NCBI GenBank assembly: GCA_027451885.1
Contig: DAIDHX010000266.1
Location: forward strand, 19,452-59,451
Origin: Planctomycetales bacterium
GTDB lineage: Bacteria; Planctomycetota; Planctomycetia; Isosphaerales; Isosphaeraceae
DNA: 40,000 nucleotides
Direction: 5' to 3'
Shown piece after piece: positions 1 through 9,556 of the stretch. Within the stretch, counting starts at the first letter, position 1. Every line of letters starts with the position of its first letter. The notes under the pieces are model-generated. The model saw nothing but the letters and a program-made list of their open reading frames with translations. It was not told where the DNA came from and did not search any database. The position numbers and the translations under genes were made by a program.

Positions 1-124
1 TGAGAAAGTTGGTGCCGATGAGTGAAAACACCGCGATCTCGAGCGCGAGCACAACCGGCAGAACAAGCCGGCCCAGGGGCGCGGAGGCTGCCACGGCGGA
101 GCCTGGTGCTGCGGCTTCAGACAC
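1..124 (-). CDS. ABC sugar-transporter permease, N-terminal fragment (gene runs off the left edge)
   Basis: Not in the ORF track because it has no stop in the window. A minus-strand GTG at 124-122 lies 3 nt after the TAG (130-128) of the upstream permease and 9 nt after an AAGGAG. Hand translation gives VSEAAAPGSAVAASAPLGRLVLPVVLALEIAVFSLIGTNF, a hydrophobic TM1-like start typical of a second RbsC/RhaQ-type permease. Confidence 0.55.
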   Translation of the reverse strand, partial: MSEAAAPGSAVAASAPLGRLVLPVVLALEIAVFSLIGTNFL

Positions 125-127
125 CCT

Positions 128-1102
128 CTAGCGCTCCTTGCGCTCAAGCGCGTCGGTGGCCACGGCGGCCAGGATGATCAGACCTTGCACGGCTTTTTCC
201 CATTGCGGCCTGGCGTCGAGAAACACAAGCGCGGGGCCGATCGAGCCCAGAAGCGCAACACCGATCAAGGTGCCGATCAAACTTCCTCGCCCGCCCGAGA
301 TCGCCGTGCCGCCCACCACCACAGCCGCGATGACCTGGAGTTCAAGACCCGTGCCGGCGCTGGGATCAACCTCGGCAAAGCGCACCGCATTCAGGAGCGC
401 GGCCAACCCCCCCAGCATGCCCATCACGGTGAACACGCCGAAAACCACGCGTCGCGGTGGAATGCCCGCCAACCGCGCGGCCTCCGGATCGGAGCCCGAC
501 GCATAGACCGCCCGCCCCAGCGCCAGGTGTCCAAGCGACCACGCGAACACCGCAAAGAGCCCGAGCGCGATTCCCACGACCGCCGTTTGACCGAGCGCCT
601 GCCCCAGCCCCAGCCACTGAAAATCGAGCCCCAGATCGCGCACGAACTCCCCTTCACGCGCGTAGCGCATCGATTCGCGCCAGATGACCATGGTCGCGAG
701 CGTGGCCACAATCGAGGGGAGCCGCAGGCCGGCCACAAGCGCGCCATTCATCGCGCCCATGAGCCCGCCTGCCGCGATTGCGCCCGCCGCCGCAACCGGC
801 ACAGGCGCCCCCGCGCGGGACAACAAGCCGGCCGCCACGCCGCAGACGCTGTAAATCGAGCCGATCGAGACGTCGATCTGGCGGCACAGGATCACGAGCG
901 TCATGCCCACGGCCGCGACCAGAACCGAGGCGTTGGAAACCAGCAGCGCGCGGATCGGATCAGGGCGAAAGAATCGGGGTGCGGCGAGCGCGAGCACGAG
1001 GAGAAGCAAAACATACGCCGCCGCGGTCGAAAGCACGCGCCTGTGCTCGCGGAGCGCCTCCGCGAGTGTGCTCGACCCAGCCTCGGCCTCGTGCACGCTC
1101 AT
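128..1102 (-). CDS. ABC sugar-transporter permease (RbsC/RhaP-type)
   Basis: 324-aa multi-TM ORF. It has the C-terminal glycine-rich block GGTAISGGRGSLIGTLIGVALLG characteristic of monosaccharide ABC permeases. Its ATG (1102-1100) overlaps the stop of the upstream ATPase gene (ATGA at 1099-1102), indicating translational coupling. Confidence 0.9.
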   Translation of the reverse strand: MSVHEAEAGSSTLAEALREHRRVLSTAAAYVLLLLVLALAAPRFFRPDPIRALLVSNASVLVAAVGMTLVILCRQIDVSIGSIYSVCGVAAGLLSRAGAPVPVAAAGAIAAGGLMGAMNGALVAGLRLPSIVATLATMVIWRESMRYAREGEFVRDLGLDFQWLGLGQALGQTAVVGIALGLFAVFAWSLGHLALGRAVYASGSDPEAARLAGIPPRRVVFGVFTVMGMLGGLAALLNAVRFAEVDPSAGTGLELQVIAAVVVGGTAISGGRGSLIGTLIGVALLGSIGPALVFLDARPQWEKAVQGLIILAAVATDALERKER

Positions 1103-2598
1103 GAAGCCGCCCTCGTCTTGTGCCCAAGCGCCAGGTCGAGCACATGCTCGGCCGTGGCGTCGGCTCGGTCGAGCACGCCGGCGATCGCCCCAGCGCGCAT
1201 CACCGCGACCCGGTCGCTCATTCCCAGAATCTCGGGCAGCTCAGAGGAAATCATGAGCACCGCCACCCCCTGCGCAGCCAGCTCGCACATGAGCCGGTGG
1301 ATCTCGGCCTTGGCCCCCACGTCGACCCCTTGCGTGGGTTCGTCAAGGATCAAAAGCCTGGGCTGCGTGGCCAGCCAGCGCGACAGGGCGACCTTCTGCT
1401 GATTGCCTCCGGAAAGGTTGCCCACTGGCGTCTCGACCGACGGCGTCTTGATCCCCAGCCGGGAGACATAGGCACCCGCGAGCTCACGCTCCCGCGCGGC
1501 ATCCAGAAAGCCCAGCCGCGCGATCTCGTGCAAGGTGGCCAGCGTGGCATTGGCCGCGACCGACATCTCAAGTATCACGCCATGGCGGCGGCGATCCTCG
1601 GGCACATAGGCGATCCCGCTGCGCACCGCATCCCGCGGCGACCGGATCGCCACGGCCTTGCCCTGGATCGCGATTGAACCCGTATCGGCCGGCGTCAGCC
1701 CGAAAAGCACCCGCGCAAGCTCCGTACGCCCCGCTCCCACCAGCCCGGCCAGCCCCACGATCTCACCCGCCCGGACCTCGAGATCAATGCCGCGCACGCC
1801 CGACGCCCGGCAGCAAAGCCCTTGCACCCGGAGCACCACGGAGCCCGGCTCAACCAATGTCTTGGGAAACACCGCGTCAAGCGCGCGCCCGACCATCAGC
1901 CGGATCAGCTCCCCGCGCGAGGTCTCCCCCATCGCCCGCACCCCCGCCACAGACCCATCGCGCAGCGCGGTCACGCGATCGGCGATCCGCGGCAGCTCCT
2001 CAAGCCGGTGCGAAATGTAGATCACCCCCACGCCGCGGGCCTTGAGATCGAGAATGACCTGGAACAGGCGCTCGACCTCCTGATCCGACAACGACGCTGT
2101 CGGCTCGTCCATGATCAGGATGCGGGCATTCGCGCCCAGCGCCCGCGCAATCTCCACCAGTTGCTGTTCAGGCATCGAGAGCGTCTGCACGCGTCTGCGC
2201 GCATCCAGCCGCGCGCCCACGACATCGAGCAGCATTCGAGCCCGCGCGGCCCGCTCGCCCCAGCGCACCCTGCGCAATAGCCCGCCAGGCTCAAGCCCGA
2301 TCGCAATGTTTTCCGCGACAGTCAGCTCAGGAAAGAGCGCAGGCTGCTGATAGATCGCCGCCACGCCCAGCTCGCGGGCGCGGGTGGGGTTCATGCCGCC
2401 GACGTCCTGGCCGGAGATCCGGATCGTGCCCTCATCAGGCGCATGGGCGCCTGTGATCACCTTGATCAGGGTCGACTTCCCCGCGCCATTTTCCCCCACA
2501 AGCGCGTGCACCTCGCCCGCGCGGAGATCGAACGACACACCCCTCAGGGCCTGCACGCCGCCAAACGCCTTGCGTATGCCTTCAAGCTCGAGCAACAT
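1099..2598 (-). CDS. Sugar ABC transporter ATP-binding protein, duplicated ATPase (RbsA/MglA/RhaT-type)
   Basis: 499 aa with two nucleotide-binding halves. First half: Walker A GENGAGKST, signature LSMPEQQLVEIARAL, Walker B ILIMDEPTASL. Second half: GLVGAGRTE, LSGGNQQKVALSRWL, LLILDEPTQGVD. It sits directly downstream of rhaA on the same strand. Confidence 0.93.
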   Translation of the reverse strand: MLLELEGIRKAFGGVQALRGVSFDLRAGEVHALVGENGAGKSTLIKVITGAHAPDEGTIRISGQDVGGMNPTRARELGVAAIYQQPALFPELTVAENIAIGLEPGGLLRRVRWGERAARARMLLDVVGARLDARRRVQTLSMPEQQLVEIARALGANARILIMDEPTASLSDQEVERLFQVILDLKARGVGVIYISHRLEELPRIADRVTALRDGSVAGVRAMGETSRGELIRLMVGRALDAVFPKTLVEPGSVVLRVQGLCCRASGVRGIDLEVRAGEIVGLAGLVGAGRTELARVLFGLTPADTGSIAIQGKAVAIRSPRDAVRSGIAYVPEDRRRHGVILEMSVAANATLATLHEIARLGFLDAARERELAGAYVSRLGIKTPSVETPVGNLSGGNQQKVALSRWLATQPRLLILDEPTQGVDVGAKAEIHRLMCELAAQGVAVLMISSELPEILGMSDRVAVMRAGAIAGVLDRADATAEHVLDLALGHKTRAAS

Positions 2599-2618
2599 CG
2601 CGACCGCCCGCCGCCTCC

Positions 2619-3890
2619 CTAACGCCTGCGCTCGAGGCAGTCGCGTTCATACGCCCGCACCTCGTCGAGCCACATCCGCGAGAGAGGCACACCCATCGTT
2701 TCGCAGTAGTGGTCCCAAACCACGCCCAGGGGCAGCATCTTGACCTCTTCCAGATACGCCAGACGCGAGGTCAGATCGCCAGCCGATTCGTGATCGCGCA
2801 ACCGCGCTGTGGGCTCGAGCAAGGCGGCCAGAAGCGCCTTCAAAAACGCGCGGCAACCGATCACCCAGGCAGCGACGCGGTTGATGCTCGCGTCGAAGTA
2901 ATCAAGCCCGATCCGCGCGCGGTCCAGATAATGGCCCCGAACCAGCTCCTGAGCAATCGCCTGCGTCTCGTCCGAAAGGATCACCACATGATCACTATCC
3001 CAGCGCACGCCGCGGCTCACGTGCAACAGAATCTCGCTGAGATACTGAAGCACGGCGGAGATCTTGTCGGCGGTGGACTCAGTGGGATGGTAATGCCCCG
3101 AATCCAGGCAAAGCAAAACCCCGCGGGTGATCGCATAGCCGAAATAGAATTCGTGCGAGCCGGCGACGTAACTTTCGGAGCCGAGGCCGAAGAGCTTGCC
3201 CTCGACGGCGTCGCGGACGTGATCCCTGTCGAGCGGCTCCCTGAAGACCTCGTCGAGCGCGGCGGCGAGCCGCTCCCGCGGCGCCTTGCGATCGATCGGC
3301 GCGTCCTTCGATCCATCCGGAATCCAGACGTTCGTCACGCAGGCCGTACCGAGGGCCTGGCCCATCGCCGCGCCAATCCTGCGGCAAACCCGCCCGTGAT
3401 CGATCCAGAACTGGCGAATTCCCGCATCGGCATGGGCCAGCGTGTAGCCGCTCGCGGCCAGAGGATGCGCGAAGTACGTCGGATTGAAGTCGAGCCCAAT
3501 CCCATTAATCCGCGCCCAGTCGATCCAGCGCCCGAAGTGCGCGGGCTCAAGCGCATCACGCGCAACGGCCTTGCCGCTGGTCTCCGCGTAGCTCGCGTGC
3601 AAGTTCAGCCGGTGCTTGCCCGGTATCAGCCGGAACGCCACGTCCAGATCGTCACGCAGCTCGTCCGGCGTCCGCGCCTTGCCGGGATAAGCCCCCGTCA
3701 CCGCCAGTCCACCGCCGATCGCCTCGCCCGTATTCTCAAAACCGCCGACATCATCCCCCTGCCAGCAATGCAGTGAGATCGCCACCTTGCTCAGCAACCC
3801 AAGCGCGTGCCCCACATCCACGCCCCAGGCCGCATATTCTTCCCGAGCCCACTCAAAAACACGCTCACGACCCACGCTCGAAGGATTCAT
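2619..3890 (-). CDS. rhaA: L-rhamnose isomerase (E. coli RhaA type)
   Basis: Collinear with E. coli RhaA as I recall it. Shared blocks: [87 protein letters not shown]. Start placed at ATG 3890 (MNPSS...); the ORF stays open up to 3956. Confidence 0.93.
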   Translation of the reverse strand: MNPSSVGRERVFEWAREEYAAWGVDVGHALGLLSKVAISLHCWQGDDVGGFENTGEAIGGGLAVTGAYPGKARTPDELRDDLDVAFRLIPGKHRLNLHASYAETSGKAVARDALEPAHFGRWIDWARINGIGLDFNPTYFAHPLAASGYTLAHADAGIRQFWIDHGRVCRRIGAAMGQALGTACVTNVWIPDGSKDAPIDRKAPRERLAAALDEVFREPLDRDHVRDAVEGKLFGLGSESYVAGSHEFYFGYAITRGVLLCLDSGHYHPTESTADKISAVLQYLSEILLHVSRGVRWDSDHVVILSDETQAIAQELVRGHYLDRARIGLDYFDASINRVAAWVIGCRAFLKALLAALLEPTARLRDHESAGDLTSRLAYLEEVKMLPLGVVWDHYCETMGVPLSRMWLDEVRAYERDCLERRR

Positions 3891-4281
3891 ACGCGCCTCG
3901 CTGCCTCGAGCTCTCGCCGACCCTGTGCGTAATTGGACCACAATCCCCGCCCCCAATCGAGCCCCCCACGAAAACGCAGCAGCGCAAAGCCAACCTCACA
4001 CGAAAGACGCAATTCCGCATGCATGCATTTGCCTCGAATCTCAAGAGTTTTCACAAAGTGGGGAAGCTTCTTGCGGATTGGTGACGATTCCATAACGATG
4101 AAGAGATCCACGCCCACTCCGATCCCTGACAAACGTCGAAAAGTTATGGATCGGATTGATGTGCGGGATTAGACTTCGCTTACGAGCCGTGCCGGCAGCA
4201 AAACGAGGTGGATTTCTCGGCCGGCTCTTGCTCGACCCTGGTAGGCGATGTGTTCCCTGATTCTAGAAGGGGGCTAGGTGT

Positions 4282-5463
4282 ATGAAGGTTCGTCGCGGGT
4301 TCACGCTTGTCGAGCTTCTGGTTGTCATCGCGATTATTGCGATTCTGATTGCGCTTCTGCTGCCCGCGGTTCAGTCTGCGCGTGAGTCAGCGCGCCGCGC
4401 CCAGTGCATCAATAACCTGAAGCAGCTTGGGCTGGCCGCTCAGAATTACATCTCCCAGCAAGGCACGTTGCCGCCGCTGGTGCAGAACGGCAGCTTCAAT
4501 GTTTGGGGCAACACGTTTGGATCGAACGGGATCTATTTTGATCCCTGGCCGCTCGACTGGACGGCGTCGTTGCTGGGCCAGCTTGAGCAAATCACGCTGT
4601 TCAACCAGCTCAACTTCTTCGTCAGCTCCGGCTGGCTTGGGCCCACAACGCTGGGGTGGGACCCGCAAAACACCACGGTGCTTTCGACGCAGATCTCTGT
4701 GATGCTCTGCCCATCGGAAGACAAGAAGATCACGAACATCGGGCCAAGCACGCGCAAGAACTACGTGGCCAATTTTGGCGGTCCGGCGAATTTCATGGCG
4801 TGGAGCGGGGCGCTTGTGCCGCTCAGGGACAACCCGCCGCTTAGCTATGCCGGTGTATACTGGAATAGCAACAGCGGGTCGACCTTCGGCCTGGAAGGCT
4901 TCACCGACGGGACGTCGAACACGGCGATGTTCAGTGAGACGCTTCTGGGCTCGGGCCCCGCGTCGCCGGTTGCCCGCGCGGCGACCACGCGAACTGGTAC
5001 TTACCTCTGGCTGGTGCCGTATGCCAATCTCTGGGACCAGGGGCCGCAGGGAGGCGTCACCGCGCTTCTCTTTGTGCAGGCTTGCCGCTCGCTGCCTGGG
5101 ACCCAGCTTTCAGTGGGCAATTTGACGCCGGCCAACGGAAATATCTGGATCGCGGGCAATCCCGGCAACTCGCTGATGTGGGACGCCTATAACCACTACA
5201 TGCCGCCGAACAGTCTCGCCTGCGCGGCGCTGAACGATTTCAACATCAATCCTGGCGGTGCCGGCGGTACGGTAACGCTCGGCTTCGGCGGCTGGGGTGC
5301 GTTCATGGACGCGCTTCCCCCCACCTCGAACCATCCGGGTGGTGTGAATATCTGCTTCGCCGACGGCTCAGTGCACTTCATCCGCAACCAGGTGCAATAC
5401 CAGACCTGGTGGGCGCTTGGCACACGCAATGGCCAGGAAGCCTTGAGCTCTGACGCCTACTAG
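4282..5463 (+). CDS. DUF1559 protein with type IV pilin-like N-terminal cleavage/methylation signal
   Basis: N-terminus MKVRRG|[46 protein letters not shown] is the canonical planctomycete DUF1559 signature. The C-terminal [17 protein letters not shown] motif is also present. An AAGGGGG RBS lies 8 nt upstream of the ATG. Confidence 0.9.
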   Translation: MKVRRGFTLVELLVVIAIIAILIALLLPAVQSARESARRAQCINNLKQLGLAAQNYISQQGTLPPLVQNGSFNVWGNTFGSNGIYFDPWPLDWTASLLGQLEQITLFNQLNFFVSSGWLGPTTLGWDPQNTTVLSTQISVMLCPSEDKKITNIGPSTRKNYVANFGGPANFMAWSGALVPLRDNPPLSYAGVYWNSNSGSTFGLEGFTDGTSNTAMFSETLLGSGPASPVARAATTRTGTYLWLVPYANLWDQGPQGGVTALLFVQACRSLPGTQLSVGNLTPANGNIWIAGNPGNSLMWDAYNHYMPPNSLACAALNDFNINPGGAGGTVTLGFGGWGAFMDALPPTSNHPGGVNICFADGSVHFIRNQVQYQTWWALGTRNGQEALSSDAY

Positions 5464-5599
5464 GCATTCTCGGCATGGCTCGCCGGGGGCGGTTCGACAG
5501 GCTCGCCCCCGGCAGCGGCCGTTGCAGAAAAGTCAGCAAGCCGCCGGCCGCAGGCGGTCCTGTGCATTCCAAAACATTCTGAGTCGGGAGATACTTTCC

Positions 5600-5848
5600 A
5601 TGCGTCGGCTTGGCCTGGGATTTGTGCTTCTCGCCGCAAGCGTTGTGGGTTGCGGTGAATCCGGACCATCGGAAGGCAGCGTTGAATTCAAGTCGGGCAA
5701 TGTCGACCAGATCGGCCCGGTTACGAATCAAATGATGGAAAATATGAAAAACAAGGCATACTTGAAATCCGCCTCGGCGGAAGAGAAGGCCAAGGCTGCC
5801 GGCGCTGCCAAGGCCGCCAGCGAAGCCACGAAGCCCGCGTCCAAGTAA
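5600..5848 (+). CDS. Small secreted lipoprotein, Lys/Ala-rich C-terminus (hypothetical)
   Basis: Internal ATG at 5600 with GGGAG 9 nt upstream. It gives MRRLGLGFVLLAASVVGC, a signal peptide plus lipobox cysteine. The gene follows the DUF1559 gene on the same strand, and a hairpin terminator follows it. Confidence 0.6.
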   Translation: MRRLGLGFVLLAASVVGCGESGPSEGSVEFKSGNVDQIGPVTNQMMENMKNKAYLKSASAEEKAKAAGAAKAASEATKPASK

Positions 5849-5893
5849 TTCGCTGAATCCAGGGCGCCGACGCTCGCTTTCGCGAAATAGAAA

Positions 5894-5921
5894 AAGCCCC
5901 ACCCGATCGCGGGCGGGGCTT
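5894..5921. terminator. Bidirectional intrinsic-terminator-like hairpin between convergent genes
   Basis: AAGCCCCACCC-GATCGC-GGGCGGGGCTT forms an 11-bp stem with one mismatch and a 6-nt loop. It is flanked by an A-run on the left (aaaaa) and ttcttg on the right. It lies between the stop at 5848 (+) and the stop at 5951 (-). Confidence 0.55.
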
Positions 5922-5950
5922 TCTTGCTGCGCTTTGAGCTCGCAACGAGC

Positions 5951-8900
5951 TCAATCACCAGGGGTCCTGGTTGCCGCGCCGCGGAGTTGTGCCAGATAGG
6001 CGATCAGGTCGCGCAGCTCGCGCTTCGTAAGCTTTTGCACCACGTCCATCGGCATGGCGGAAGGCCCGCGCTTGCGTTCCTCAACCTCATCCCTGGGGAT
6101 CACAAGAACCTTCCCCTCGGCGGTGACGAGGCGAATCGACTGGGCGTCCTCGCCTCGCAGCACGCCTGTCACCACCTGGCCGTCGGTCTTCTGGATCACA
6201 ACGGACTCGAATCCCTGCGCAATGGCCTGATTGGGCAGAACGATCGACTCGAGTAGCTTGTCGCGTTCGAGCCGCTTGCCCACGTCGGAGAGTTCAGGGC
6301 CAACTTCGCCGCCGCGGAGAACACCGGCCTCGCTCACCTTGTGACAGCGCTGGCAGGCTGCTTCACCGCTGGAAAAGAAGACCTCGCGTCCCTTGCGGGG
6401 ATCGCCCCCCGCGAGCGCGAGCCGATAGGGGGCGAGCGGGTCGCCGGCTGGGATCGACGACTTCAGATAGGCATCGAGCTTGTGCTTGATCGTGCTCGTT
6501 TTTTGCTTCGCCGCGGCATCGATGAGCTCGAGCGTGAGGGCCGGGTCGGCCTTGCCCTGAAAGAGCGGCTCGAGTGTGTGCTCAAGGAGCGTGTGGGATT
6601 TTTCGCCTGGCATGGCGGCGAGCACGGCAATTGCTCCCTGGCGTTCCAGGATCGAGCCATGTGCAAGCCGATCTTCGAGTGCGGTGATGGCCGCGGCGGG
6701 GTCGAGCTTTGCGATCAGGCGAAGCGCCTCGACGCGGGTCGCATCGCCCTGGAGTTTGAGAGCGGCGCGGGCGGTTTCAAGCTGGCGAGGATCCTCGAGC
6801 GCGGCGAGTGCCTGGAGGGCCATGCCGCGGGTGTCATCGGCCTGTGCGGGGTCGGCGGCGAGCCTGGCGAGCTGGGCGCCTGCGTCCTTGATGTCGAGTG
6901 CAGCCGCGGCACGCACGGCGGCCGATCGAATACTTCTCGATGCGTCGCTGCAAAGCGCTGGGAGATGGGGGCGAAGCGCTGCCGCGGCGGGGGCGGCGGG
7001 CCGCGGCTCAATTGGCCGCCAGAGTCCAACGACCGGATCGCGGCCGGATGGCCTTGCCCATTCGGCGAGCCTGGCAATCGCGAAGAACCGGACCGCTGTG
7101 GGCAGGCGGCGGTCGGCCGCCCACGCGGCGAGGCGAGATGCCTGCGCCTGGCCGCCCACGCGGGCGCTCGCGGAGATGACTCTGCGGGCAAGCGGGATGG
7201 GCGTTTTGTCGTCGATCTCGACCATTGCCAGCCTGTCCATGGCCTGGTTAATCGGGGCGTCGTGGATGGCGCGTGCGGCCTCGAGCCCAATCAAGGGATC
7301 GCGATCATGGAGAAACTCGGCCGCGGCAGGATCGCCGGTGCGGCGATCGGCGAGCAAAACTCCCATCCGCACCGAGGCTGACGCATCATTCGCGCCGGCC
7401 TTCCAGCTCGCCGCGGGCGTGCCGGCTAGCCCCATCACGGCGGCATGGCGCACAAAGGGATCGTTGCCCCTCGCACGCAAAAGCGCCAGCAGCGGAGCGC
7501 CTGCATCCGCACTCTTGAGCTTGCCAATCGCGATCGCCGCTGCGCTTTGCACACGCGGGTTCGAATCGCTCAAAAGCGTGATCAACCTGGGTGCGGAATC
7601 TGTGTCGCCGAGCTCACCCAGCATTTTCGCGGCTTGCACGCGGACCTCGGGCTCCGACTCCCCCAGAAGCGGGCGAAGCGCCACGATCGCCTGGGATTTC
7701 AGGCTACGATTCTGCCGCCCTGTCTGCCCCAAGCCCCAGATCGCGTGCAGCCGAGCCAGTTGATCCTTGGAGGCCCCAAACGCCTGCGCGAGCGCTTTGA
7801 GCCCTTGCTCACCCCGCGCGACAAGCGCCCACTGAGCCTCCAGCCGCACCCGGCGATCCGGATAGCCAAGGCGGGATTTCAGCTCCTCGAGCGTGGACGC
7901 GGCAAATCCCTTTCGGAGCATCTCGCGGACCTCGCGCACCTTCGGATCGGCCTTGCGAGCGGGGTCGAGCACGCGATACATCCGCCCCTTGCCGGTCTTG
8001 TTCCAGCCTTCAACCCAGTCACTGAAGTAGAGGCCGCCGTCGGGTCCAAAATCGACATCGGTGGCGAGCGCCCGCCACACAAACTGCTCGGAGTCGGTCA
8101 GGCGATAGGTCGCCCCAGCCGGCTCGAGAGCGAACGAGCGGATGCCGCTCTGCCCACTCGCGCCCCGAAAATCGACCAGGAAGAAGTGGCCGCGATAACG
8201 CTCGGGCAAGAGCGTCACGCCTGGGTTGAAGGCAAGCCCCGACGGTCCGTCGGAGATGTTTGCGAGCGGCGGCACGATGAACGCCGCCTGGCCCGGAAAG
8301 CTGGGATACCAGAGTCGTTCCTCATTCCATGGCCCGCGAGAATAGTCCCCCTCCATGAACTGGTAGCCGATGCGCCAGCCGCTATCGCCCCCTTCGAGCA
8401 GGTGAACCCAGCGCGCCCGGTCGCCGCTATCGGAATTGTTATCGCAGGAGAACAGGTCGCCCACCTCGTTAAACGCAAGCTCCTGCGGGTTGCGCAGGCC
8501 GGTGGCGAAGAGCTCAAGCTCGCTGCCGTCGGGCTCGCAGCGGAGCACCGATCCCGATTCGAGCGCTGTGAGCGTCTTGCCCTCGCGGGTTTTCACGTTC
8601 AGGGCCCGATCTCCGATGGAAAAATAAATCCGCCCGTCGGGCCCGAAGGTCAGGCCATGGAGGTCGTGGCCGAGAAATCCAACGTGCACGCCGTAGCCTT
8701 CATGGAGCAGCGTGGTTTTTTTGGCCCTGCCCTGCGGATCGACCCCGTCGTAACGATAGAGCCAGGGGATGCAGGCATACCACACGGTTTCACCGCGGGC
8801 GAGCAGGCCTGCACCAATGCCCGCGGCGGGGTCGCGGTAGCCTCCGACGAAAACATCCGCATGATCCGCCCGGCCGTCGCCATTGCGGTCGACGATGCGT

Positions 8901-9334
8901 CTGATGCGCTCTTCCTCGCGCCCCATGGCGGGGAAGCCGCTGCCGAGATACTTGCGATACATCGCCACACGATCGGCGACGGTGCGGCAGGCAAGGTCGT
9001 CATTGAGCCAGTTAAGATGGCCGCGGGTGTCGGGCACGCCGTCGGTATGGCGAAACGTCTCGGCGACAAAGAGCTCGCCGTGCTCGTTGAATACGAACGC
9101 GACGGGATTGGCCAAAAGCGGCTCCGCGGCGTAGACCTCCACTGCCAGGCCCTGTGGCCTGCGAAACGCCCTGGCCGCCATCTCGGCATCCGCGGCGGCG
9201 CGCGGCGGATTCCGCCTGCCCTGGCGCTTCGTTTTGGTCTGGGCGTCGCCAGACTCCTGGGCGCGCGCAGGAGCTGGGAATGGAACCGCCAGGGCCGCGA
9301 TCAGGGCCGCTGTCCAAAGGCGAAACGTACGCAT
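5951..9334 (-). CDS. PVC-type heme-binding CxxCH protein: membrane-bound-dehydrogenase-like beta-propeller + HEAT repeats + C-terminal cytochrome c domain
   Basis: Signal peptide MRTFRLWTAALIAALAVPFPAPARAQ at the internal ATG 9334. The N-terminal part resembles the glucose/sorbosone-dehydrogenase-like propeller. The centre carries HEAT-like repeats (RVQAAKMLGELGD, NPRVQSAAAIAIGKL, FVRHAAVMGLAG). A single C-terminal heme motif CQRCHKV is present. This architecture matches the Pirellula/Verrucomicrobium-type heme-binding family. Confidence 0.85.
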   Translation of the reverse strand: MRTFRLWTAALIAALAVPFPAPARAQESGDAQTKTKRQGRRNPPRAAADAEMAARAFRRPQGLAVEVYAAEPLLANPVAFVFNEHGELFVAETFRHTDGVPDTRGHLNWLNDDLACRTVADRVAMYRKYLGSGFPAMGREEERIRRIVDRNGDGRADHADVFVGGYRDPAAGIGAGLLARGETVWYACIPWLYRYDGVDPQGRAKKTTLLHEGYGVHVGFLGHDLHGLTFGPDGRIYFSIGDRALNVKTREGKTLTALESGSVLRCEPDGSELELFATGLRNPQELAFNEVGDLFSCDNNSDSGDRARWVHLLEGGDSGWRIGYQFMEGDYSRGPWNEERLWYPSFPGQAAFIVPPLANISDGPSGLAFNPGVTLLPERYRGHFFLVDFRGASGQSGIRSFALEPAGATYRLTDSEQFVWRALATDVDFGPDGGLYFSDWVEGWNKTGKGRMYRVLDPARKADPKVREVREMLRKGFAASTLEELKSRLGYPDRRVRLEAQWALVARGEQGLKALAQAFGASKDQLARLHAIWGLGQTGRQNRSLKSQAIVALRPLLGESEPEVRVQAAKMLGELGDTDSAPRLITLLSDSNPRVQSAAAIAIGKLKSADAGAPLLALLRARGNDPFVRHAAVMGLAGTPAASWKAGANDASASVRMGVLLADRRTGDPAAAEFLHDRDPLIGLEAARAIHDAPINQAMDRLAMVEIDDKTPIPLARRVISASARVGGQAQASRLAAWAADRRLPTAVRFFAIARLAEWARPSGRDPVVGLWRPIEPRPAAPAAAALRPHLPALCSDASRSIRSAAVRAAAALDIKDAGAQLARLAADPAQADDTRGMALQALAALEDPRQLETARAALKLQGDATRVEALRLIAKLDPAAAITALEDRLAHGSILERQGAIAVLAAMPGEKSHTLLEHTLEPLFQGKADPALTLELIDAAAKQKTSTIKHKLDAYLKSSIPAGDPLAPYRLALAGGDPRKGREVFFSSGEAACQRCHKVSEAGVLRGGEVGPELSDVGKRLERDKLLESIVLPNQAIAQGFESVVIQKTDGQVVTGVLRGEDAQSIRLVTAEGKVLVIPRDEVEERKRGPSAMPMDVVQKLTKRELRDLIAYLAQLRGAATRTPGD

Positions 9335-9556
9335 GGGGTCAATCTTCCGATCGCTGAGGAATGAGAGCCGGGCAAGCGGCAAGGCGCCGCGATCCATCGA
9401 TCCATTGTTCTGCTACTCCATGAAGATACGACGCCGCGAGCCTGACTGGGAAGACCAGCCGCCCTGGCCGCACCCCGCGCCTGGTTCCGCAAGCGGCCGG
9501 GTGCGGGTACGATGCCGGTTGTGAGTATGCAGCCACACAGAGAACGGAGCGGCTTG

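Noticed and set aside
3933-4172. 79-aa ORF in the rhaA / DUF1559 divergent intergenic region
   Set aside because: It has no RBS, a basic low-complexity sequence, and overlaps the rhaA 5' region. The region is more likely promoter or operator DNA.
7558-7567. GGTTCGAATC, a tRNA T-loop-like decamer
   Set aside because: The flanking bases cannot form a T-stem (GCGGG versus CGCTC) or an acceptor stem. It lies inside a well-supported coding sequence.
7445-9364. 639-aa plus-strand ORF inside the PVC heme-protein gene. Similar long shadows occur at 6341..7381, 6576..7763, 185..1402, 2709..3776, 13672..14799, 14736..15611, 17451..18500, 18913..19899, 20284..21384, 24775..25479, 26568..27650, 32813..34186
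   Set aside because: All lie antisense to, or out of frame with, genes that carry clear family signatures. They are Arg/Pro/Gly/Ala-rich with no motifs, which marks them as GC-driven spurious ORFs.
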